Source: Eledone cirrhosa
Taxonomy: Eukaryota
Length of the DNA: 64,000 nucleotides
Assembly (NCBI GenBank): GCA_964016885.1
Contig: OZ024741.1
Location: 363,134,001 to 363,198,000, forward strand
Direction of reading: 5' to 3'
A program made the translations under genes and the position numbers. This document shows, one piece after another, positions 40,869 to 56,280 of this stretch. The notes under the pieces were generated by a model that saw nothing but the letters and a program-made list of their open reading frames with translations, was not told the DNA's origin and made no database searches. Numbering within the stretch: the first letter of the stretch is position 1; each line of letters opens with the position of its first letter.

Positions 40869-40945
40869 GTATGTATATATATATATATATATGTATGTAT
40901 ATATATATATATATATGTATGTATATATATATATATATATGTATG

Positions 40946-40978
<33 letters not shown>

Positions 40979-41025
40979 ATATATATATATATATGTATGT
41001 ATATATATATATATATATATGTATG

Positions 41026-41058
<33 letters not shown>

Positions 41059-41225
41059 ATATATATATATGTATGTATATATATATATATATATGTATGT
41101 ATATATATATATATGTATGTATATATATGTATATATATATATATATATGTATGTATATATATGTATATATATATATATATATATGTATGTATATATATGT
41201 ATATATATATATATATATATGTATG

Positions 41226-41262
<37 letters not shown>

Positions 41263-41289
41263 GTATGTATATATATATATGTATGTATG

Positions 41290-41324
<35 letters not shown>

Positions 41325-41329
41325 GTATG

Positions 41330-41368
<39 letters not shown>

Positions 41369-41372
41369 GTAT

Positions 41373-41437
<65 letters not shown>

Positions 41438-41445
41438 ATATATAT

Positions 41446-41487
<42 letters not shown>

Positions 41488-41568
41488 TATGTATGTATAT
41501 ATATATATGTATGTATGTATATATATATATATATAATATATGTATGTATATATATATATATATGTATG

Positions 41569-41601
<33 letters not shown>

Positions 41602-41736
41602 GTATGTATATATATATGTATGTATATATATGTATATATGTATGTATATATATGTATATATGTATATATATGTATATATGTATGTATATATATATATGTA
41701 TGTATATATATATATGTATATATATATATATGTATG

Positions 41737-41767
<31 letters not shown>

Positions 41768-41772
41768 GTATG

Positions 41773-41803
<31 letters not shown>

Positions 41804-41824
41804 GTATATATATATATATGTATG

Positions 41825-41855
<31 letters not shown>

Positions 41856-41860
41856 GTATG

Positions 41861-41891
<31 letters not shown>

Positions 41892-41940
41892 GTATGTATA
41901 TATACATATGTATGTATGTATATATACATATGTATGTATG

Positions 41941-41971
<31 letters not shown>

Positions 41972-42001
41972 GTATGTATATATACATATGTATGTATTAC
42001 T

Positions 42002-43298
42002 CTTTTACTCTTCTACCTGTTTCAGCCATCCAGCTGAGGCCATGCTGGGGCACCGCCCTTGTTGCTACACATTTTATCTCCAGCCTGTATAGGTTGGCCA
42101 CTGATGTAGGAGGGAGTTTGTTGCTGCTGCCCTTAGGTTTCCCTCATGTCTTGCTGTGGGCTCATCCGGGATCCTGGATAACAAGGTGTCGAGATGTTTC
42201 TTAAAGACATCCACCTCCACGTCATGCAAGTATCGCAGATGCCTCGGCAGCCTGTTGAAGAGTTGAGGGCCCTTGAATCCCAGGCTATTGCAATACCTGC
42301 TCCTTATTCTAGATGTGGAAGACGGGACCTTTGGCACCACACAGTGACGTCCTGTTCGACGGTTGGTCCAGCTCCCAATGCCAAAGTTTGGTGGTAGTCC
42401 CTCCAGGATTTTCCACATGTAGATCACTGCGTATCTCTCCCGTCTTCGCTCCAAGGAGTAGAGGTTCAGTTCCTTCAGCCTCTCCCAGTAGCTTGTCTCC
42501 CTCATCTTGGCAATCCTCTTGGTGTAGCTTCGCTGGATTGCCTCAAGCTCCGTGGTTAGTTTGACACTATGGGGTGACCACAGCTGGGAGCAGTAGTCCA
42601 GGCGGCTTAGGACAAAAGTCCTCGACAGTGTCAACATGGTGTCTCGATCTCTTGTAAGGAAAGTCCTCAAGATCCAGCCCGCGAATCGTCTACATGCTGT
42701 CGCCACCTTCATGATGTGTGAAGAAAAAGATGCATCATCGCTCATGTCTATGCCCAGGTCTCGTATCGATTTTGACACGGAGATATCGGTCCCTCCTGGT
42801 CCTGTGTAGCTGTGTTCCGCTATATTTGTGTTTGTGTTTGCAGGTTTGTATTGTAGGGCTTGGAATTTGCCAGCATTAAACTGCATGTTGTTTTCTTCCG
42901 CCCATCTGTATATGGCATCCAGATCCTGCTGTAAGAGGGCAGCGTCAGCCGGGTTTTTGATTGCCTGTGCTACCTTAGTGTCATCAGCATAGCTAGTGAG
43001 GGATGTTGTTGCATGCACCACAGAGGGCATGTCCGAGAGAGCCACCAAAAACAGTAGTGGTCCCAGGACTGTCCCCTGAGGCACCCCACTTGTTATCGGT
43101 GTTTCCCTCGAGAGGGCCCCATTTGCTGCGACTGCCTGGCTTCTGTCCCTTAGGAAGCCATGCAGCCACTCACTTACTTTTCCAGTTATGCCGAGTCCGT
43201 GTAATTTGTGACATATCATTCCGTGGTCGACCTTGTCAAAGGCCTTCGCAAAGTCAAGATATATCACGTCTACATGTGAGCTGTCTAGTAGTTGTCTC
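42002..43298 (-). mobile_element. 5'-truncated CR1-type LINE with an open RT C-terminal frame (42074-43298)
   Basis: [65 protein letters not shown]; short 3' UTR. Confidence 0.9.
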
Positions 43299-43345
43299 AT
43301 GTATGTATATATATATATATATGTATGTATATATACATATATATG

Positions 43346-43377
<32 letters not shown>

Positions 43378-43397
43378 TATGTATGTATATATGTATG

Positions 43398-43430
<33 letters not shown>

Positions 43431-43469
43431 TTATATATATATGTATGTATATATACATATATATGTATG

Positions 43470-43519
<50 letters not shown>

Positions 43520-43525
43520 TGTATG

Positions 43526-43557
<32 letters not shown>

Positions 43558-43629
43558 TGTATGTATATATATATATGTATGTATATATATATATGTATGT
43601 ATATATATATATGTATGTATATATATATG

Positions 43630-43684
<55 letters not shown>

Positions 43685-43763
43685 ATATATGTATGTATGT
43701 ATATATATGTATGTATGTATATATATGTATGTATGTATATATATGTATGTATGTATATATATG

Positions 43764-43860
<97 letters not shown>

Positions 43861-43998
43861 ATGTATGTATGTATATGTATGTATGTATATATATGTATGT
43901 ATGTATATATATGTATGTATGTATATATATGTATGTATGTATATATATGTATGTATGTATATATATGTATGTATGTATATATATGTATGTATGTATAT

Positions 43999-44032
<34 letters not shown>

Positions 44033-44056
44033 GTATATATATATATATATGTATGT

Positions 44057-44090
<34 letters not shown>

Positions 44091-44096
44091 GTATAT

Positions 44097-44130
<34 letters not shown>

Positions 44131-44351
44131 GTATATATATATATGTATGTATGTATATATATATATATATGTATGTATATATATATATATATGTATGTAT
44201 ATATATATATATATGTATGTATATATATATATATATGTCTGTATATATATATATATATGTATGTATATATATATATATATGTATGTATATATATATATAT
44301 ATATGTATGTATATATATATATATGTATGTATATATATACATATATATATG

Positions 44352-44421
<70 letters not shown>

Positions 44422-44455
44422 TATGTATGTATATATATATATGTATGTATATATT

Positions 44456-44488
<33 letters not shown>

Positions 44489-44985
44489 GTATGTATATAT
44501 ATATATGTATATATATATATATGTATGTATATATATATATATGTATGTATATATATATATATATATGTATGTATATATATATGTATGTATATATATATAT
44601 GTATGTATATATATATATATATATGTATGTATATATATATATATATGTATGTATGTATATATATATGTATATATATATATATATGAGATCGGGTAGGTGT
44701 CACGACAAAAAAACACACAGTTCACGCTGTAATTTGACCGTGTAGGCAACACGGTAAAAACCTCCCAGACCCACACTGTAAATGTGGTTGGTGTTAAGAA
44801 AGGCATCCAGCTGTAGAAAACCTGCCAGACAGTCCTATGCGAGCAAGATAATCACTCTTGCCTCAAGTGGGAAAACCCCCGTCCAAACCCATGCAAGCGT
44901 GGAACACGGATGTTAAGCGTTGATGATGATGATGATATATATGTATGTCTATATATATATATATGTATGTAAATATATGTATGGA

Positions 44986-45026
<41 letters not shown>

Positions 45027-45081
45027 ATGTATATATATATATATGTATGTATATGTATGTATATATATATATATATATATT

Positions 45082-45112
<31 letters not shown>

Positions 45113-45366
45113 GTGTATATATGTATATATATGTATATATATATGTATATGTATGTATATATATATATATATATGTATGTATATATATATATGTATATGT
45201 ATGTATATATATATATGTATATATATGTATGTATATATATATATGTATATATATGTATGTATATATATATATATATATATGTATGTATATATATATATGT
45301 ATGTATATATTCCAGAATTAGCCATCGAAACGGCTTGAGCTCAGCCGTCAGGGTCCTACTCGTTCC

Positions 45367-45436
<70 letters not shown>

Positions 45437-45776
45437 TGTATATATGTATGTATATATATATGTATATATGTATATATATATGTATGAAAAATGATGATAA
45501 TGTATATATATATATGTATGTATATATATATATATGTATGTATGTATATATATATATGTATGTATGTATATATATGTATATATGTATGTATATATATATG
45601 TATGTATATATATATATGTATATATGTATATATATATGTATTTATATATATATGTATGTACATATGTATGTATATATATATGTATGTATATATATATGTA
45701 TATATGTATATATATATGTATGTATATATATATGTATGTATATATATATATATGTATGTATATATATATATTTATG

Positions 45777-46541
45777 GTTATACTTGGGGAGGGTCATATT
45801 TGTGTAATATTGCCAGAATTAATAACAGAACACACTCACTGTTTGGTTGGTTTTAGCTTTTCGCTTCTGTGTCTTTTATATCGGTAATCAAATTTATGCG
45901 GTCCTCAATGTTGCCATTGACTGACCAACGGTCAAAAATAATACAGATACAATATAGACACAAACACATATATATAGTTTATCAAAGTTCTTTCGCTGCA
46001 CATCTGCAACATCGTCAGTGGTGCTATAGATTCCTCCCGTTGCATTGTATTTCTACGCCATCTTTATTTAGTCTGTTTATATATTTATTTATTTAATTGT
46101 TTGTTTATTTTATTTTGTCTTCTTTGCGCATGGGTTTGCGTGGTGTATAGTGTTTTGTTTGATGTGTGTTCGTGATTGGGTGACTGTGTATTGGTTAATG
46201 TGTTCTATGTTTACTTGTGTGTGTTTATATGTGTTTGTTGTTATTGTGCTTGTGTATGTATTTATTTATTTATTTATCTATTTATTTATACTTCTCTTAG
46301 GTCAGTGTTGTTTGTTTGGGTGTTGTTATTCCATTCATTCTTTCTGTTTAGTCTTGGACTTCTAAGTTCTATTTCACTGGCCTCTCTGATTTGCCTATGT
46401 GCTGGGTCATTTCTATGTTTAGATATTATTCTAATTGATTACCGATATAAAAGACACAGAAGCGAAATCCAACTAAACAGTGAGTGTATTCTGTTATTAA
46501 TTCTGGCAATATTACACAAATATGACCCTGCCCAAGTATAA
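45777..46541. mobile_element. ~765-bp element with ~110-bp inverted repeats (duplicate ~55363-56128)
   Basis: GTTATACTTGGG-AGGGTCATATTTGTG...TATCGGTAATCAA (45777-45891) is the reverse complement of ~46434-46541. Confidence 0.75.
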
Positions 46542-46633
46542 CAATATTTGTTTCGACAGACGATCTCATATAAAAAACCTCGCAAAACTAATTTATATAT
46601 ATATGTATGTATATATATATATATATATTTATG

Positions 46634-46664
<31 letters not shown>

Positions 46665-46669
46665 TTATG

Positions 46670-46711
<42 letters not shown>

Positions 46712-47819
46712 CATATAAATATATATATGTATGTATATATATATATGTATGTATATATATATATATGTATGTCCCCGTCCCACCACCCCCATCCCATCCA
46801 CACCGCCCCTTTCAATGTAAAGTTATGTTGGTGCCACAACATCCAGGCCGAAACAAATGAGATCGTGTAGGTGTCACGACAAAAAAACACACAGTCCACG
46901 CTGTAATGTGGCCGTGTAGGCAACACAGTAAAAACCTCCCAGTCCCACACTGTAAATGTGGTTGGTGTTAGGAAGGGCATCCAGCTGTAGAAAACCCGCC
47001 AGATGGTCCTATGCGAGCAAGACAACCACTCTTGCCTCAAGTGGGAAAACTCCCGTCCAAACCAATGCAAGCGTGGAACATGGACGTTAAACGATGATGA
47101 TGATGATATATATATGTATGTATATATATATATATATGTATGTATGTATATATATATATATATATATGTATTGTGTCAGGTCACCAGTTGGTGCTACTGG
47201 TAACATGTATCCCAGTACAACCTGTCTCATGGTCGGGTCGTTGGCGACTAAACTGGCAACCCCACCAAGGTTTCTTGGTGAGGAGGGTGACTTTGGACAT
47301 CCTGCAGGACTAAAAACAAAACCTGTCAAAGGGCAAAGGAGCTCTTAAGAGTCAATGGCCATCCAAAATCACCGGGAGAGATGACCCCTTAGCCTTTGTC
47401 AAGGCAGAATTCTAGGAGAAGGAAAACTCTGATATAACACCTGCAACCCTGATGGTATCCAATGATGTTGACTTGTTCTTCTTTTTGGTAAATATCATCT
47501 TGGTTAAGAGAGTGGGACTGGCTTTGTGCAGTGCCTTTGCTCACTATAAAAGCTTCACGGCACAGGCATTGCTTTATATCTGGAGATCTCTCTGCACTTG
47601 TCGTCACATGGTACCATGGGCCCAGCACTATGTGTCAATAATTGTCACAGGTGTAGTGTTTGTACCAGAGTTTTCAAGTCACTGGCTGGACTAAAAAGTC
47701 ACACTTGTTCAGGGCATCGGTAGGGGTTCTCCTACATGGATATAAAGTAGTGGCCGTACTCGAAAACGAGTTGGCAGCCACCATATGTATGTATATAAAT
47801 ATATATATATATATGTATG

Positions 47820-47865
<46 letters not shown>

Positions 47866-47871
<6 letters not shown>

Positions 47872-48325
47872 AAATCCATAATACAATTAATTAATAATTA
47901 TAACCTTAAGTTAGAAATAGAGAATAACTATAAAATAGTTAACTTTTTAGACGTAACATTAAACCTTAGCACAGGGCTCTACTATCCATTCCATAAACTC
48001 TGGTAATAAAAAAAAAAAATTTTTGATGATAAGGCTGAATACTATAATGAAGCTTTAAATAGAGCAGGGTATTCGAATAAAATTAAATACATTGACAACA
48101 ATAATAAGGCAAATCACCCTAGTATTAATTACAATAATAATAAACAATTTAACTTAAACTCTAAAACAAACAAAAGAACTAGATCTAGAAATATTATTTG
48201 GTACCCCCCCCCCAATTCTCATTAAGCGTTAAAACACCTTTAGCAAAGCTATTTTTTAAAGCACTAGACAAATGTTTTCCTAAAGCCCACAGATACCACT
48301 CAATCTTTAACACATACTATAAAAC
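47866..48325 (+). mobile_element. Penelope-like RT/linker fragment, internally deleted (duplicate 56797-57254)
   Basis: LKLEIENNYKIVNFLDVTLNLSTGLYYPF, YYNEALNRAGY, RSRNIIWYPPP..FSLSVKT..FFKALDKCFPKAHRYHSIFN. These resemble the RNIIWFNPPYS-type linker of Naiad-like PLEs. Confidence 0.75.
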
Positions 48326-48908
48326 TGATGCGCATGAAAGACGACTGCTGTATAAAAAAGTGCAGGGAAATAAAGATAGACGGTAGCCACGGAGTAGGCA
48401 GACCCAGAAAAACCTGGGACGACCTGATAAACTCCGACCTCACACATTTACAACTCTCCAAGACAATGTCACTGGACCGAGATCTTTGGCGGCACTCAGT
48501 AATAGAGAAGACCCGCCTTACCTAAATACAAAGTAAAACCTACTACAGTCAGTAGGCATCTCTAACAAAATACACCCCCGTCCCACCACCCCCACCCCAT
48601 CCACACCGCCCCTTTCAATGTAAAGTTATGTTGGTGTTACAACATCCAGGCCGAAACAAATGAGATCGTGTAGGTGTCACGACAAAAAAGCACACAGTCC
48701 ACGCTGTAATGTGGCCGTGTAGGCAACACGGTAAAAACCTCCCAGCCCCACACTGTAAATGTGGTTGGTGTTAGGAAGGGCATCCAGCTGTAGAAAACCC
48801 GCCAGACAGTCCTATGCGAGAAAGACAACCACTCTGGCCTCAAGTGGGAAAACTCCCGTCCAAACCCATGCAAGCGTGGAACATGGACGTTAAACGATGA
48901 TGATGATG
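48326..48908 (+). mobile_element. RTE-A 3' fragment joined directly to the Penelope fragment (duplicate 57255-57840)
   Basis: [30 protein letters not shown] plus the A 3' UTR and tail. Confidence 0.9.
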
Positions 48909-48941
48909 ATATATGTATGTATATATATATATATATGTATG

Positions 48942-49054
<113 letters not shown>

Positions 49055-49237
49055 GTATGTATATAAATATATATATATGTATGTATATATATATATGTAT
49101 GTATATAAATATATATATATGTATGTATATATATATATGTATGTATATAAATATATATATATGTATGTATATATATATATATGTATGTATATAAATATAT
49201 ATATATGTATGTATATATATATATATATGTATGTATG

Positions 49238-49416
<179 letters not shown>

Positions 49417-49439
49417 ATAAATATATATATATATATATG

Positions 49440-49486
<47 letters not shown>

Positions 49487-49623
49487 ATAAATATATATAT
49501 ATATATATGTATGTATATAAATATATATATATATATATACATGTATGTATATATATATATATATGTATGTATATAAATATATATATATATATATATGTAT
49601 GTATATATATATATATATGTATG

Positions 49624-49660
<37 letters not shown>

Positions 49661-49683
49661 GTATGTATATATATATATGTATG

Positions 49684-49718
<35 letters not shown>

Positions 49719-49723
49719 GTATG

Positions 49724-49795
<72 letters not shown>

Positions 49796-49803
49796 TATGT
49801 ATG

Positions 49804-49838
<35 letters not shown>

Positions 49839-49870
49839 GTATGTATATATATATATATGTATGTATATAA

Positions 49871-49916
<46 letters not shown>

Positions 49917-49918
<2 letters not shown>

Positions 49919-52900
49919 CATCATCATCATCATCATTTTACGTCCGCTTTTCCCTGCTTGCAAGGGTGGGACGGGTCTTATTCAGCACAGCATCTCTCCA
50001 CTCGTCACGGTCCCTCGTCATCTCCACCGTGAGCTTCAATGATCTGAGGTCTGTTCTCACCACCTCTGCCCATGTTTTTCGTGGTCTACCTCTACCACGT
50101 CTTCCTTCAACTGGCATTTCCTGGCACTTCTTTACCCATCGGTCATCCTCCATGCGCATCACATGTCCATACCACCTCAGTCTCCTCTCCCGTACATTAC
50201 ATTCTATCCCTCTCAGACACAGTTTCTCTCTCAACACATTTATGCTGGGTCGTTCACGCACATTTACACTGCACATCCAACGGAGCATGCTTTCCTCATT
50301 TCTCTCCAGCCGTTGCATATCCTCTGCGGTTGCTGCCCATGTCTCACTACCATGCAGCATCGCGCTCCTCACACAGGCATCATACAACTGGCCTTTCGTA
50401 CGCAGGGAGAAACCCTTCTTCGTCAACAGAGGAAGCAGCTCCCTAAACTTCTTCCAACCCGTCCTTATTCTAGATACTATGGCCTCGGAACACCCTCCTC
50501 CCATGCTAATCTGATCTCCTAGGTACCGGAAGCTATCCACCACTTCTATAGCGCCGTCTCGCATTTGAAAAATGTGTCTATCAGTGCGACTTCTGTCTAA
50601 TTTCCCTGTACATCTACTGCATACATATTTCTCCCTACCTGTTAGTTTGCCTGCTATCCCGCTACATCTCTTGTGTACCCAGGACCTGCATTGTGTTCAT
50701 TTTATAGAATTTATGCCAGTTCCTTTTCTGCATATCGAACATGGCCATTTCCCTGACGGAATCAGGGTTTTGTCCTCTTTTCTACTCATCAACACTTTTG
50801 TCTTAGCTAGATTTACTCTCAGTCCTCTTGCTTCCAACTGCTGTTTCCATAGCCGGAATTTATTCTCTAGCTCCTCTACTGATTCTGCTATAAGAGCCAG
50901 ATCGTCAGCATAGAGAAGTTCCCATGGACAGCTAGTCTTAAACTCCTCTGTTATGGCTTGGAGGACTATAATGAACAAGAGCGGGCTGAGGACCGAACCC
51001 TGATGTACTCCTACTTGTATCTGGAATTCCTCACTAAACTCCATTCCTACCCTGACTTTACTGAGAGTACCTCTGTACAAAGTTTGCACTGTCCTCACAA
51101 GCCATTCCTCAACACCTAGCTTCCTTAGGGACCACCAGATGACAGATCGGGGTACCCTATCAAAGGCCTTCTCTAGGTCAACAAAGGCTAAGTATAGTGG
51201 CTTATTCTTCTCTAAGAACCTCTCTTGCATTTGTCTCACCAAGAAGAGGGCATCTGTTGTACTCTTCCCAGGCACAAAACCAAACTGCATCTCATCTAGT
51301 TTGACCCTTTCTCTAATTAGTTGTGCTAAAATCCTTTCTGCCACTTTCATAACCTGATCTATCAGTTTTATACCCCTATAATTGCTCCTCTCCAAAGCAT
51401 CCCCTTTACCTTTGTAGCAATTTATGAGAATACTGCTGCACCAGTCTTTGAGTATGACACCACCATATATAGCCTGATTGATGATGCGTGCAACCAGTTT
51501 AGTGCCTACGTCCCCTGATGCCTTCAGCATCTCAGCAACTATTCCCGATGGTCCGGCCGCCTTACCATTTTTCATTTCCCTAATCGCCTCTTGGACCCTA
51601 TATTCGTCAATCTCAATAGCTGGTCCCTCTGTCGGATCTACCAAGGGTAATTTCTCTCTCTCCCATTCGTTCTCCACATTCATCAGTCTCTCATAATGAC
51701 ATTTCCAGGCCTCCTTTTTCTGGTCATTCGTGACACTAAGTACACCGGCATCATCCCGGACACATTTATCTCCAACAACATCCTGATTTGCATTGACACA
51801 CTACCTTGCAATGTGGAACACCGCACGCCTCTGATCTTCCCGTCGCAGAACATTGGCAAACCTCCTACTCTCTGCCTCCCTGCGTGCTAAGTACACCTGA
51901 CGTCTAGCTTCTCTCTTAGTGGCTGTATATCCTTCCCTACTCCCACCCTTTTTCCAAGCCTTCCATGTTAGTCTTTTGTCTCTAATAGCCTTATCTACTG
52001 TACTGTTCCACCACCAGGTCACTCTCTGTCTGGTTGGAGCTCTGCTCCAGCCACAGGTTTCATCAGTAGTCTGCAGCAAGTTGTCACGTAAGAACTTCCA
52101 GTTATTATCTATGTCATACGTCTCTAAATCGTCTTCTTTTTCGTCATATACATCTTGAAGGGCTTTCCTAAATTTGTATTTTAGTGAAAGGTCTTTTAGC
52201 TTCCAGACCTTTCTTCTCCACACCTTCCTATATGTCTCATTCCATCTCTTGCTTACTGAGATATCACTAACAACTAACCTATGCTGTGGGGTACATTCTT
52301 CCCCAGGGTATGCCTTGGTATTAGACACTATCTGCCTGTCCCGCTGCCTAACTAGCAGGAAGTCAATCTGGCTTATGTGCTCACCAAATTTGTAGGTTAT
52401 TAGGTGATTGGCAGGTTTCTGGAAGTTTGTGTTGCAAATAGTCAATGTACTCGCATCACAAAATTCAAGAAGTCTCACTCCTTCTTCATTTCTTGAACCG
52501 TAACCGTGCCCACCATGTACCCCAGTGTAACCATCCTGGAGCTGTCCAACATGACCATTGAAGTCTCCTGCTAGCATAACGATGTCTCCGTCCTCTGTCA
52601 TTGTGGTTGTTTGCAAAAGTTGCTCATAAAAGCAGTCTTTCTCATCTTTGCCTAGGCCTGCTTGGGGAGCATAGACCGAGATGATTGTCAGTAGTCTCCT
52701 ACCTACAACTAATCTAAGCTTAATTATTCGATTACTAACTCAAACTACCTCTATTGTCTTATTGATCCATTTCTCAGCCAGGAAAATGCCTACTCCCCCT
52801 AACCCATCATCCTTACCTACCCAGAATAGCTTATAGCTAAGACGCTTGCCTACGACTAGTCTCGCAGAGGCACCTCTCCATCTCACCTCTTGCACGCAGC

Positions 52901-53272
52901 ACATATCCACCTGCCTTCTCTCCAGCATCTCCGCTATTTCAGCAGATCTACCTCTGAGAGTGCCAACATTAAGTGTTGCAACTCTGAGATGCGACGTCTT
53001 CATATTTTCCTATGCTGTTTTGTTGCTGTGCTGATAAGCTTTTTGGCATTGATACACTGGTTGGATGCCCTTCCTAACACCAGCGCCACTTTACAGCATG
53101 GACTGGGTGCTTTTATTTGTGCCACCAGCACTAGAGAGGATGTCTTACTAGACTCAAGGGCCCTCTCTACCCCTCCATTTTACAGCATGGTCATAAAAAA
53201 AAAAAAAAAAAAAAATTATTGACATGACGCACACACAAACACTCACACACCAATACTCATGCATACAAACCA
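49917..53272 (-). mobile_element. Full-length RTE family B, copy 1
   Basis: 5' UTR with a poly-T tract, ATG at 53003; the ORF ends immediately before the (ATG)n tail. Confidence 0.95.
49938..53003 (-). pseudogene. RTE-B EN-RT ORF with three in-frame stops (52740 TGA, 51801 TAG, 50697 TGA) and no frameshifts
   Basis: ORF-track pieces 52740-53003, 51801-52616, 50697-51683 and 49938-50564 are collinear and in one frame. Confidence 0.92.
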
Positions 53273-53367
53273 TATATATGTATATATATATATGTATGTA
53301 TATAAATATATATGTATGTATATATATATATGTATGTATATATATATATATATATGTATGTATATAA

Positions 53368-53399
<32 letters not shown>

Positions 53400-53512
53400 G
53401 TATGTATATATATATATATGTATGTATATATATACATATATATATGTATATATATATTTATGCATATACATATATATATATATATATATATGTATGTATA
53501 TATATATGTATG

Positions 53513-53607
<95 letters not shown>

Positions 53608-54014
53608 GTATATATATATATATATGTATGTATATATATATATATGTATGTATATATATATATGTATGTATATATATATGTATGTATATATATATATATA
53701 TGTGTGTATGTATATATATATGTATGTATATATGTGTAGGCAACACGGTAAAAACCTCCCAGCCCCACACTGTAAACGTGGTTGGTGTTAGGAAGGGCAT
53801 CCAGCTGTAGAAAACCCGCCAGACAGTCCTATGCGAGCAAGATAATCACTCTTGCCTCAAGTGGGAAAACCCTCGTCCAAACCCATGCAAGCGTGGAACA
53901 AGGACGTTAAACGTTGATGATGATGATGTATGTATATATATATATATATATGTATGTATATATATATATGTATATATATATATGTATGTATATATATATA
54001 TGTATGTATATATT

Positions 54015-54049
<35 letters not shown>

Positions 54050-54200
54050 GTATGTATATATATATATGTATGTATATATATATATGTATGTATATATATA
54101 TATGTATGTATATATATATATATATATATGTATGTATATATATATGTATGTATATATATATATGTATGTATATATATATATATATGTATGTATGTATATA

Positions 54201-54239
<39 letters not shown>

Positions 54240-54624
54240 TCGGGTAGGTGTCACGACAAAAAAACACACAGTTCACGCTGTAATTTGACCGTGTAGGCAA
54301 CACGGTAAAAACCTCCCAGACCCACACTGTAAATGTGGTTGGTGTTAAGAAAGGCATCCAGCTGTAGAAAACCTGCCAGACAGTCCTATGCGAGCAAGAT
54401 AATCACTCTTGCCTCAAGTGGGAAAACCCCCGTCCAAACCCATGCAAGCGTGGAACACGGATGTTAAGCGTTGATGATGATGATGATATATATGTATGTC
54501 TATATATATATATATGTATGTAAATATATGTATGGATATATGTATATATATATATATATATATATTTGTATGTATATATATATATATGTATGTATATGTA
54601 TGTATATATATATATATATATATT

Positions 54625-54655
<31 letters not shown>

Positions 54656-54676
54656 GTGTATATATGTATATATATG

Positions 54677-54709
<33 letters not shown>

Positions 54710-54877
54710 GTGTATATATGTATATATATGTATATATATATGTATATATATGTATGTATATATATATATATATATGTATGTATATATATATATATATATG
54801 TATGTATATATATATATATATATAAGTATGTATATATATATATATATATGTATGTATATATATATATGTATGTATAT

Positions 54878-54941
54878 ATTCTGAGTCCAGAATTAGCCAT
54901 CGAAACGGCTTGAGCTCAGCCGTCGGGGTCCTACTCGTTCC
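54878..54941 (+). ncRNA. 3' half of a hammerhead ribozyme, truncated in stem II (copy with a 6-nt deletion at 45309-45366)
   Basis: attctg-agtc-cagaat-tagccatc-GAAA-CGGCT-tgagctc-AGCCG-TC-gggg. 6-bp stem III (ACGGCT/AGCCGT), GUC triplet; the CUGANGA half is absent. Confidence 0.6.
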
Positions 54942-55003
<62 letters not shown>

Positions 55004-56192
55004 TGTATATATGTATGTATATATATATGTATATATGTATATATATATGTATGAAAAATGATGATAATGTATATATATATATGTATGTATATATATATAT
55101 ATGTATGTATGTATATATATATATGTATGTATGTATATATATGTATATATGTATGTATATATATATGTATGTATATATATATATGTATATATGTATATAT
55201 ATATATGTATTTATATATATATGTATGTATATATGTATGTATATATATATGTATATATGTATATATATATGTATGAAAAATGATGATAATGTATATATAT
55301 ATATGTATGTATATATATATGTATGTATATATATATATATGTATGTATATATATATATTTATGGTTATACTTGGGGAGGGTCATATTTGTGTAATATTGC
55401 CAGAATTAATAACAGAACACACTCACTGTTTGGTTGGTTTTCGCTTTTCGCTTCTGTGTCTTTTATATCGGTAATCAAATTTATGCGGTCCTCAATGTTG
55501 CCATTGACTGACCAACGGTCAAAAATAATACAGATACAATATAGACACAAACACATATATATAGTTTATCAAAGTTCTTTCGCTGCACATCTGCAACATC
55601 GTCAGTGGTGCTATAGATTCCTCCCGTTGCATTGTATTTCTACGCCATCTTTATTTAGTCTGTTTATATATTTATTTATTTAATTGTTTGTTTATTTTAT
55701 TTTGTCTTCTTTGCGCATGGGTTTGCGTGGTGTATAGTGTTTTGTTTGATGTGTGTTCATGATTGGGTGACTGTGTATTGGTTAATGTGTTCTATGTTTA
55801 CTTGTGTGTGTTTATATGTGTTTGTTGTTATTGTGCTTGTGTATGTATTTATTTATTTATTTATCTATTTATTTATACTTCTCTTAGGTCAGTGTTGTTT
55901 GTTTGGGTGTTGTTATTCCATTCATTCTTTCTGTTTAGTCTTGGACTTCTAAGTTCTATTTCACTGGCCTCTCTGATTTGCCTATGTGCTGGGTCATTTC
56001 TATGTTTAGATATTATTCTAATTGATTACCGATATAAAAGACACAGAAGCGAAATCCAACTAAACAGTGAGTGTATTCTGTTATTAATTCTGGCAATATT
56101 ACACAAATATGACCCTGCCTAAGTATAACAATATTTGTTTCGACAGACGATCTCATATAAAAAACCTCGCAAAACTAATTTATATATATATG

Positions 56193-56233
<41 letters not shown>

Positions 56234-56234
56234 G

Positions 56235-56280
<46 letters not shown>

